Of a DNA stretch of 37,257 bases, positions 24,246-35,000 are shown in pieces. How positions within the stretch are numbered: the stretch's first letter is position 1; every line of letters starts with the position of its first letter. The translations under genes were made by a program, and so were the position numbers. The DNA comes from Nemertoderma westbladi (Eukaryota; Animalia; Xenacoelomorpha): assembly GCA_032718475.1 (NCBI GenBank), contig JAUCBJ010003380.1:1-37257 (forward strand), read 5' to 3'. The notes beneath the pieces were generated by a model. That model was not told the origin of the DNA, did not search any database, and saw only the letters and a program-made list of their open reading frames with translations.

Positions 24246-24850
24246 TTATATATATTTCAATACACCCCGGGCGGGGTAAATAGGCGGTAAAATGAATTAT
24301 AAGAAACACAGTAAAAAGGTCGTTCACTTGTAAAATAAATATTAAGTTAGATAAAGTTAACTGGAAGATGACTATGAAGCAGCCAGTTGTGACAGCGGTG
24401 GGCACATCGCACAGACGAGCACGTGGTGACGGTCATCGCAGGGCTCGCCGCAGTATTTACAGCAGCAGGTGGATGTGAGTTCGTGGAACGGTGTAGCGGT
24501 TGAGCAGACACGGAAGTGAAACCCGTGGGCGGTTGCCCTCGTAACAACGTGTCGATTACGTTGTCCGGCGCGTTTCCAGATTTCGGATTGAAAACCTGGA
24601 CCACGCTGGTAATCTTCATCGTGGAAGTTTAGCTCGCGTTCACTGCGGTAACTGCGGTAATTCGAAACGATATTGGTGTCGAATATATTGGGGCTGGAGG
24701 TGAGTATGGTCTCAACGAATGATTTTTCTTGAGTTAAATGCAGCACTAGAGTGGAAGAGGTTGATGACTGTAATGAGAGCATTTGCTTTAAATATTTGTT
24801 TTTAATTTTATCGATTTTATCGAAATAATTTTATTTACGGGTTTCTTATG
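24246..24850 (-). mobile_element. Probable 3' fragment of a LINE (post-RT Cys/His-rich C-terminus)
   Basis: Frame reads KIDKIKNKYLKQMLSLQSSTSSTLV...RHVVTRATAHGFHFRVC..FH..CCCKYCGEPCDDRHHVLVC, followed by an A-rich end. It resembles non-LTR ORF2 tails from memory only. Confidence 0.55.
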
Positions 24851-25287
24851 ATATTTGAATCAACAATAGCGGAAATCAAATACACGCTTACTTCAATTAT
24901 TATGATTTATTTATTCTAATGCTGAGTTTTGTTTATATTAATTTGGTCACAACAACAAGAAACCTATCTATCTTGCATGTATATAAAATCGAAGAATATA
25001 AAACAACTAGATCCCGAAAAGTTATATACAATCAGTGACTCGAGATTGGGAAGATTCGCCCATTGTGTCTTGAAGCTACTCTGTGACAGTCTGGCAGTAG
25101 CTGTAGATGAGAAGGGAGAAGAAATATAATAAATTCATAAAATAAAAGTTACGCGTAATAAGCCTGTTGCACACAGCGGACGGTAGGAGGCGCCTTTCAA
25201 TAACTTCAACAACACACGCCAATCAGTGAGCCAAAGAAGTAGAACGAACAAACAACCAGGGTACACGAGTACAACAGTATGATGTGG

Positions 25288-25584
25288 TTGAGCGAAGGCG
25301 TCCTTGAAGGACGCCTTGGGTTGAGCGAAGGCGTCCTTGAAGGATGCCTTGGGTTGAGCGAAGGCGTCCTTGAAGGACGCCTTGGGTTGAGCGAAGGCGT
25401 CCTTGAAGGACGCCTTGGGTTGAGCGAAGGCGTCCTTGAAGGATGCCTTGGGTTGAGCGAAGGCGTCCTTGAAGGACGCCTTGGGTTGAGCGAAGGCGTC
25501 CTTGAAGGATGCCTTGGGTTGAGCGAAGGCGTCCTTGAAGGACGCCTTGGGTTGAGCGAAGGCGTCCTTGAAGGACGCCTTGGG
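25288..25584. repeat. 33-bp palindromic minisatellite, 9 units
   Basis: TTGAGCG-AAGGCGTCCTT-G-AAGGACGCCTT-GGG. Confidence 0.96.
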
Positions 25585-25984
25585 TTAAGCAGTCTAGCCC
25601 TGTTTGCTCCCATTACTTGCACTCCCATCCGTGTTTCTGCCTTCTAACCCAGACAAACAAACATTTTGATGTCCAACACGAACCTAATTGTAAAATTTGT
25701 AGGCTTACTTCTTGACATCTTGTTTCTTTATTGCTGGGATCACAGATTCGACGTTTTTAAGATACGAAGCAGAGCGCTTGCTGAGAGTTACACGTAATAT
25801 CCCGACAAAATACCTTATTTTCTGTACCCTCGTTCAATAACGGTGTTTAACAGAAGTGAATGTAATTATTGCACAAATCAATTCTAGTGGTAATAAATGT
25901 TTTTTATAAATTGGGAAGGGTAAAATGAGACAAAATGAGACTTGATCTGGGAATGTGATTTTTTTCAAGCGTCTCTCCTAGGAA

Positions 25985-26280
25985 GGTGTGCTTGAGCATG
26001 TGGATGACTTCTGCTACTTGGAATCATTGCGCCTGAAATCAGACCTTCGAATACATATAAAGACAGGCATCGTCAGCATAGAATACACCCGAACTTTTTT
26101 CCATATACATTTATGTAATATGGATTATAATAATATGGAATATAATTTCCATATATACATATATTTTCCTTGTAGGGTTGACCTCGATGTTTGGTGGCTG
26201 CCCAAGCAAGTTGCTGAAGTGATTTTTCCACTTCCCCACACGTTCTTCGGGACTATCGGCTTTGAGGCGCCCCTTTGCAC
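25985..26280. mobile_element. Small LINE fragments in opposite orientations
   Basis: Plus strand LEHVDDFCYL near 25991; minus strand ERVGKWKNHFSNLLG at about 26200-26250. Both resemble RTE-type ORF2 segments. Confidence 0.4.
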
Positions 26281-26862
26281 AAATCAGAAAACCATTATTA
26301 ACGGTAATTAAATAATAACAACAATAAAAAAAGCAATTTGGTGAAGACACCAAAGGTGGTCCCTTTAAAGTCCCACAGTTTATTAGTATTTTTACAGGTT
26401 ATAAGACAGAAATAAGCGCCCCTGGTAATCCTGGTATTCTTCACATGGGCGCACGCATGAGGATATACTTGAAGAATACTGACTATCCATAACACAGTAG
26501 GGCCTAATGTTAGAATATCACGAGTTTATTGGAAGGTCATGTTGCTTGACGATTACTGGCTATCCATAATATAGCAGTGATATTAGTAAGTAACCTTCTT
26601 TACACTTCCAATATAATTGAAAGATCAATTTACTTAATAGCACTAGCTGTCTAACGAAACAGGCTGGCACCTGGCACGGTTAAGCATTGAATTACTTTGC
26701 TTGTAACATGCTCCTGTTACTATGGATACTAAAACACCACAACCCGCCAATGACGTTAACTTTCCAATTGGGCCCGGGACTACTCATTGAACGTATTGCA
26801 TTCAATTGCACTGCATAAGAAGGGTAGCAATCTAAAAAAAAAGGTCACACAGTATACCATGT

Positions 26863-27250
26863 ATGTCCCAGAATATAGTGTCGAAATTCAGTGACCCACC
26901 CCCCCCCCTAAATCCCCTCTAATTTTTCTACAAATCGTAATGAGATTCCATGAAATTTGAAAGAGAGATAGTTTCACCTCCCGACCACTGACTGGGGGAG
27001 CCAGAATTTTTATTTTCGCTTTCTATCTTTAGCAACAAGCGTTTAAAAAGTGTCTCCGCCGCAGTTATTCTTCTACCTTATGGCTGTTTGTTGGTACCAA
27101 TGGAAAGCTGGTCATGCAATGATTCCAAATATGTAGCACAACCTGAATTCCGTTGAAAAATAGCTGAGGCGGGCGTTCAAACGTTGCATGGTTTTGCATC
27201 AACGCTAGGCTATTTTATTCTATTTAATAAATATTCCATATTCTTAAAAC
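26863..27250. mobile_element. Single arm of the 11836-12741 fold-back MITE family
   Basis: GAATATAGTGTCG..TGAGATT..GTTTCACCTCC..GATTCCAAATATG..TTTTATTCTATTTAATAAAT is colinear with 11840-12245. Confidence 0.8.
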
Positions 27251-27307
27251 AAATACAAATTTTTCATATATAATATAATATGCAATATATCGACCGAAAA
27301 GTGAAAA

Positions 27308-27460
27308 CTGTCGGTTGTCTGTTGTTGGCTGTCGATTGTCGGCTGTCGGTTGTCGGCTGTCGATTTTCGACTGTCATTTGTCGGTTGTCGATTGTCCATT
27401 GTCGGTTGTCAGCTGTCGGTTGTCAGCTGTCGGTTGTCGGGTGTCGGCTGTCGGTTGTCT
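27308..27460. repeat. Degenerate 7-bp minisatellite (TGTCGGY)n
   Basis: Directly visible. Confidence 0.88.
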
Positions 27461-27760
27461 GCGTAACGTTTACACCCGTAATATCACGTTGTTTGAACAA
27501 CTAGGCATACAGTTCACAAGTCCCTAAAAGGTGCCACCCTGCTCCATAGCGCAGGAAATTCAAATGATTGAAAGACATGTAATTTGTACTGGAAAGGGTG
27601 GCAGCTCAGATCTGCCACCTATATTTTAGCGGTAAATTAAAATATGTTTTAACATTGAATACATGAATAGCGTAAGACTAATGTAATTCATTGAATCAGA
27701 ATAAATTATTTCTTATCGGTTTAACTCACTCATCCGTTATTGTTGTTGTTTTATCTATTC

Positions 27761-28053
27761 TGGGACTTCGAGCAGCACGTGAACAACTAAACTGGCTGGT
27801 TAACTAGTTTGGGACTTCGAGCAGCACTTGAACAACTAAGCTGACGGGTTACCTAGTCTGGGGCTTCGAGCAGCACGTGAGCAACTAAACTAACACGTTA
27901 ACTAGTCTGGGACTTCGAGCAGCACATGAACAACTAAACTGGCTGGTTAACTAGTTTGGGACTTCGAGCAGCACGTGAACAACTAAGCTGACTGGTTAAC
28001 TAGTCTGGGACTTCGAGCAGCACGTGAACAACTAAGCTGGCTGGTTAAATAGT
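27761..28053. repeat. 49-bp tandem array, 6 units
   Basis: TGGGACTTCGAGCAGCACGTGAACAACTAA...AACTAGT recurs at 49-bp spacing. Confidence 0.93.
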
Positions 28054-29419
28054 AAATTCAAGACGACAAGGGATTCTGTTCTTGAGAGAAGGGAATAAAA
28101 GTCTATCAAAATATTTTACATTTAAATTTTTTTTCAATCGCGTTTCCATGGTGACGGGAATTACGATAATTTCCCATTATGATCGCCAGATAGAAATTGG
28201 GCTACTATTTACTACTTTTATAATATTCAACAAACATGCCTGGTGGTAGTCCTTTATTTCTAATAATTGCTAACCGAAATTTTATATTTTGGAATGTCAA
28301 AATCATGCTATCACAGGTCTTGCACTCTAATTGGACAGTTTAGTTTATTGGCAAATATTGACTTTTAGAAATATGATTCACAATTGACGAATTATAAAAT
28401 AAAATGTTGGCACTTTTAACTTATTCTTTAGACTGATAAACCGAATAAAAATGGTGTTTTATAGAATTGGTAGACAATTTTTCAAATTTCTCATTATACT
28501 TATTTCCATGGCAACGGGAATATAAACAAATTCAAATGCAAAATATTTTGATAGTCTATTATTCCCTTTAATCACCTACCAAATCTCAAGAACAGAATCC
28601 ATTGGCGCCTTAAAATACAGGCGCGTAAAGTTTGGAATTTACACCCGGTTACCTTGGCAACTAAAAGATAACAATTCCAGAAAGACATTTTATTACATTT
28701 CTATGAACCCTAGTCATCATATCCACCTAAGAAAAGTAGCATAAAATAAGTTTCTAGCTGGAAATATTATGAAAAAAGTTCCATAAATAGGGAAAAGATC
28801 GGCCCACGCTAATTTCAGCAATCCGCTCGCTGCATGACCTGTTATTTAGTACACCTTGAGTACTACTGACCGCGAAACCAAATCCCCCACGTCTTTATAC
28901 GAGTAATAAAGGACTTCTAGAATAGTATTTATTCAGGACATTGCATTTATAGCTCCACTGCAGTGTTTTTTGGGGGCTGAATTTTTCAGGATTTTGGTGC
29001 ATTTTAATACTTTATGTATGGGGAATTTGTATGCTTCAGGTACAGTAATAATAATTAATTTAAGAATTTTATGTTTTTTCCCATTTTTTTTCTCTTTTCG
29101 CATATATTAAGGGAGTCACAAAATTGAATATGAAATTAGTGATTTTAAATTGTGGCGGCAGTACCATTTGGTGTATTCGATGGTAGCTAATGTTTTTAAA
29201 ATCACAAAATTGTAGAAAGTTAACGATAGGCCCTATACGGTAATGTTTGGTTTATTTATTTTTTGAAAAGATGACGGTATTGTTCGGAAAGTGATTCTGT
29301 ATATCCTGGTGATAAAAGATTATAGAATTATTATCTTTGTTTTTCCTTATAATAGATTTCTTCACAACGTTCTACACTGCTCTTCAGTGGTAGGCCTCCA
29401 ACAAGTCTATTATTTCTTT

Positions 29420-30960
29420 AGCTACACAAACATTTGAAAAAGGTGTCTCCGTCGATATTTCACCAGTTACACTGCTGGTATTCTTCAACCTTATAGTGAT
29501 TTGTTGGTAGCTGTAAAAGCCTTTGCTGAATTGCCCCGTTATTTTTATTATCTTTTACATTAAAATACTCCGTAGTTGATTTAATAAGTGTAAGAGACCG
29601 TATTATTGCTGTATCTGTGTTTTTAGAGGATCTAAGACCTATTTCCTCTGTATGTGTACTGTGAAAGGCATATTTTATGATTCTATGGCAATTCGTGACG
29701 CAAAAGGGTGATAGCTACTCTTGAACAGTAGTTACTATGACTACGGTTAACAGCTGACATTCATACGTGTTGATTTCCTTTGTTCTACGGCGTCTCTCAG
29801 TTCAGTCAGCCAATGAGAGCGTTTTTGTGGCTCCTTGTACAGAGAATTTCCGAGAAATGACGCAATGCCTATGTGCAGTGTTTACATTCAGTCCTGAGCC
29901 AAAGAAAGAACGGCTTGGAAGTATTTTGTGCTGTACTGCTTTTTAGTCGTACACTAGTAGGTTTAATTATAAAGGGCATATATCCTTTAACTGACTACTT
30001 GAATATCTCATGCCTATATCTCATTGCTGACATACCGGTACTGACTTGTTGTTTTATACTGCTATTTACTGTCAGTTCTTCATAATATGGTTGATGAATT
30101 ATTATATTTGGAATAACGATAAATAACCCCGCAACCCAATATTCTTGATATACCGAAGGTAAGAGAGAAAGGTTACCAATAACGATTGTGACTTATGTTA
30201 AAGTGGTTTGAAGTGAATCTAATGTTATTTGATAGACCCTACATGAGTCAGCCTGTGTTCCTTTTATATGTGACTAAAATCAGTGAAGATTGGCAGATTA
30301 GTGTGCAGTATTGTGCAGCATTGTGTATGAGTGAGTCTGTTAAAGAAGCAATTCCTAAAGAATGCGTCATATATGTGGATTATAATTAAGCCATATCGTT
30401 GTGAGTAGTTTAAGTCATAACTCTGTTTATGTAGATAAAGCGCCACGTCCTAAAGGAACTGTTAATATTACCGAAGGTGAATAATATTGTCAGAGATTAT
30501 ATAATACTGTCAGTCGAATAATACATTAGGCTTACATAGCAATAAAAATTAAACCGTCGAACCCAATCTCCCGGGAATATCCAGCGGGTGAATGGTCGCG
30601 CACGGATTGGTTTCGACTAGTGTAGTGAATCAAATACTTGTCATAGACTAAAAGCAGATTTAATATCTAGAAGACATCTTAATTTGGTGGGTTAAACTGC
30701 CAAAGGTCTGAAAGCGCGAACAGTAGCCTACAGTTAGAAAGATGGCCATGTAAGGATTCCAAATACATTATGTAACACGATCTGAATTTCATAGCAAAAT
30801 AGCTTAGAAATGAGCGTTCAAATGTTGCATTGTTTTGCATCTGATCAGGCTATTTTATTCTATTTATTCAATACACCCTATTCTAGAACATTTTGTTTAT
30901 GTATGAATAGCTACATAATAGTATGATTAAAGAGTTATTGCATTGTTGCCCAGCTAGCTA
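29420..30960. mobile_element. Fold-back MITE family fragment interrupted by a solo LTR
   Basis: 29420-29511 and 30728-30960 are consecutive parts of the arm seen at about 12010-12330. Confidence 0.75.
29512..30722 (+). mobile_element. Solo LTR, 1211 bp
   Basis: TGT...ACA termini; perfect 5-bp TSD GTAGC (29507-29511, 30723-30727); host repeat resumes after it; second copy at 1-547. Strand is relative to that copy; transcriptional orientation not established. Confidence 0.88.
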
Positions 30961-31664
30961 GGAAAAACACCAGCTACCATAAAAAATACCTACTAAGATT
31001 ATATAATTCACTAGGCACTAGGTCTACAGTACTTGGCAAGGAAGTACAGTACGACTAGAACATTTCACCAAAAACACAAAAACATTAATTATAAAAAATG
31101 GTCACACAAGCTATACTACCCCCGTAATCAGCTGTTATTTGCGTGGATTGTGTCAAAAGTCCCACACAAGTCCCTATCCGAATCTTGAATATCAAGTTAT
31201 ATATAAATTAAATTGTAATAACCAGATTCTAACCCTTTGTTAGGCTGGTTTGTAGACTTCTTGTAAAATTACCCTGAAAATTCGTATTTTGTGTTTTTTG
31301 TAAATTTTTGTGTTTATTTAGAGATTGTAATCTCACCCGAATTGTACGTAATTTGTAGTATTAAGTAACTTAGGTAAATTAGTATTATTTGTTTTAGTGT
31401 CCTGTACGTAACACTTCACTGAAAGCGCACCGCTTTGTGTAGTGATTACTCCCCAGAAATAATAACATTTATTTCAAACATTGACAAAACCCACTAAAAC
31501 GGGTATATATATATTATAAATCAAATCTAACGATTTATAAATCGTAGGCCTACCATAAAACCATTAGGTCTCAATATCAGTTGGATTACTGCTCAAATAA
31601 CGGTAATAAAGTAAGTAAAGTAACAAAGTAACCCTAAAGTAACAGAAATTCAATTATTTGAAAT

Positions 31665-31920
31665 AATTGATATACCGGTATTTACGATAGGCCTATTATC
31701 TTTATTTCTATAAATCTAGGCTGAAATTATACCGGTACTTGTAATTAATTCTATTTCAGAATTATATATCCTACAAACTGTAAGCTGTATACCGGTATTC
31801 CGATAGGCCTATTATATATTTATATATATTTGTGCTAAAATTATACCGGTATTCTGTGATAAACCTAGTCTGTAATAATACTTATATAGTTATATATACT
31901 ATAAGTATACCGGTATTCTA
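31665..31920. repeat. Degenerate about 60-bp repeats around TATACCGGTA, upstream of the BEL ORF
   Basis: Five TACCGGTA cores at about 31673, 31730, 31790, 31844 and 31908. Confidence 0.65.
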
Positions 31921-32053
31921 ATATATTATATATATCACGCTACACTGAGTAGCAGTAACGGTAATTAATTACTAGGCTAGCAGTTCATACTGAGTTACTA
32001 GACTTGCTTAGACTGTAATATAGCAGTAGGCATTCAACTGTACATACCTAGTC

Positions 32054-35000
32054 ATGTCTGATACTAAGCAGAACCTGTCAGACAGTTTATTAGATGTAAC
32101 TATCTGCGACTCAGATAGAGACGTACAAACGTCTGGTCGTAAATCCAGTTCACCTCCCACTGTGAGGAAGGTCATCCCTCCAGTAGTAATAACAGAACCT
32201 AGGCTGGTCCAACATCGTAGGTCTATCATAGGCACTCGAGCTCAGGTCAAGCGGGACCAAAAGGCAGCGGAACAGCAACAACCCGCTAGTCAAGAACTTA
32301 TTCCTCAGCGGCCCAGCAGCTCCAGTAGTGAGGATACTGTAGAGTTGACACCCGAGAGCGGAGCAGAGATGACGGATGCGGTTTATACGGATCCCCTTCT
32401 CATCCTTCCTGCAGCCGTGCTCGCTGGGTTATTGATCGCGGTGGAAGAACACCAGATCGATTGGGCGAGAAGTCAACGGTCAACTAGAGATAGCTACGCG
32501 GGATACACGAGTGAAGAACTGAAGTCTATTGTCGAGTCGCAATGGAACTTCCCCGGACCCGGACTCCCGTTTGATTTATCAGAAGCTGCCTGGGAAGACA
32601 TACACCGGATGGGAGTAGCCAAGGAAACCATCGATCCAGCTGTATGGAAGAGGTCCGCAGCCGGATACGCCCAGGGATTCTTCAGCTCTATGGAGCGAGT
32701 AGAGAGACAACTGTTTCAACAACCTCAAGGACCTCAAGAGCAGGGATCGCTGCTTTATCAAGTTAGAGAAAGAGTTTTGCGGATTAGGCTAATCTTATCC
32801 GCCTTTGAGGAGGCTTCTAAAAGAAAACAAGACACGTCGTTGCAAGTTGCCGTAAAGACTTGGTTTCAACGGGTGAGTCGCCAGGTTCAAGGAGCAGCTC
32901 AGTGGAAAGCTCAGTTGGAGGAGCGCTCAACCCATGGAGAGTCGACGGACGCTACTTTTTCCCAAGTGGAAAGTGAAGCGACGGCAGAGAAACCGCATAA
33001 GAAGGATGCCATTGATATCTATCTGTCAGACTATCAGCGTTTTTTGGGAGATGAAGAGTTGAGGAGAAGGCTAGAGGGACTTAGCCCTAATAGCGAGGGA
33101 GCCAAACTTGTGTTAGATGCGATTGATGTGGATAGGTTAGCGGCGAACCAAGCTAAATTCGATGAACAACTCCGCATCGCTAGAGAAAAGGAAGAACAAG
33201 TGAGGAAAAAACGTATAGAAGATAGAAAGACAGCAGCAGCGACAGTGGCAGCGGCAGAAGCGGAAAGAAAGGCAGCAGAGGCAGCGTCAGAGGCAAAAGC
33301 GGCAGCTGCAGCAATAAAGGCGGCAGCGGCAGAGGCAAAGGCGGCAGCTGCAGCCGTAGAAGCGGAAAGGAAAGCGGCAGCGGCAGAGGCAAAAGCGGCA
33401 GCTGCAGCCGTAGAAGCGGAAAGGAAAGCGGCAGCGGCAGAGGCAAAAGCGGTAGCGGCCGAAGCGGAAAGAAAGATAGCAGTGGCAGAAGCAGAACGGA
33501 GGGCCTCTGAAGAGACAACCCAACTAGAGTTGGAAAATCTTCAAGAGAGGCAAGATAACTTTAATAAACAGTTAACAGCTAGTAATATGCAGATGATGAG
33601 TCGATCTACTCCCAAACGACAAGGTTATACATCATCTGAGGAAGGCGATACCACCGACGCTGAAGGCGGAGGAAATCGATCCCGCCTAAGCAGACGTAAA
33701 AGAACATTCCACCGTCAGAAATTGCCTGATTTGCCTCCAGCTGTTAGAAGGCAACTAAATAACACTAACTTAGGTAGTACAGAGCCCACAGACCAAATAA
33801 TTAAAATAGAAAGACTCCCTACTATAGTAGATGAGCCTGAAAGAATTAGGCCTGTTCTTGAAATCACCCCTTCGGTGATAGACACACATGTGCTCCCTGA
33901 AACTACCTCTAAATTCCCTCTGCATAGCACTAAGCTACCTGTGCCCCGCAGAACTGCCCAAGAGACAGTTCAGGTCCTGGACCCCGAGCGAAATATTCAC
34001 AATTTGTCGCCCGTTGTCCCTCGTCCGCCCGCTACAACGTTGGCGACTCCCGCTTCGGCGGTCGAATGGGTGGACGAGAGACGGCGGGGGATGGATATCC
34101 TGCTCGGGCAGATGCAGGAGACTGTCCAGCAATTCAAGGGCACAGTAAGGGAAAGTAGGCTAGAGTTGCAAGAAGTGCAGCAAAGTATCGCGCTTGAACG
34201 CGATAAATTAGTAAATACCCAAAAGGGTATACCACCACCCTCTGTAACAATGTGTCAACCTGTTAGGTCTGAAGTATTGCATGCGCAAGGTGTGGAGCCT
34301 ACACGCATATATACTGCTAGCGAAGTAGAAACTCCTATAGTGAACCCTATTAAGGGTAATTATAGACCTGTTGATAATGATATTCCCTATAGAACTGATC
34401 ATAATCCGAGAAATTTATATACCGATAACTCGATATTAAATAGCACGATGGCCCAAGAAAGTTTTACGCGTCAAATGGCTAGAACCGAAGCCCGGCAAGC
34501 GGTAAAGGTTGGAGAGATCGTCAAGTTCAATGGAGATGAGATGAAATGGTTACCTTTTAATGAATATTACAAAGATAACATACAGAACTCTGTACTATCT
34601 AATGGAGAAAAACTTAGATACCTCATCGAGTGCTTGGAAGGATCTCCCAAGTTAATGGCGTTAAAATTTATTGGACATCCAGATGGATTAAGACAAGTTT
34701 GGGATACACTAAACATCAGGTATGGTAATAGGACTAACATAGCTAGGTATTTATATGCGAAATTAATGGCGCCCCGAAAGTTTCTTAGCAGCGGGATTAT
34801 AGAGTTTTCCGATGAGATTCAGGAGATCTGTAGACAACTAGATTGGTTAGGTAAGTCTCATGAATACCAGAATTCTATGGTTGTAGGAGCCTTAGCATCT
34901 ACTTTGCCCAAGGGTGGAGTAGGTACACGCTGGGACAAGAAGGTGTTATATATGATGGAACAACAACAACGAGACCCTACCATGGCTGATCTCATGTCAT

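Noticed and set aside
25206-25647. LSEGVLEGRLG and LNPRRPSRTPS repeat proteins
   Set aside because: By-products of the 33-bp array.
29512-30722. 5' LTR of the BEL ORF at 32054
   Set aside because: It is closed on both sides by its own TSD and the interrupted MITE resumes after it, so it is an independent solo LTR.
31090-31490. Candidate LTR/primer-binding site for the BEL-like element
   Set aside because: TG...CA ends can be picked, but there is no second copy, TSD or convincing tRNA-complementary site in the window.
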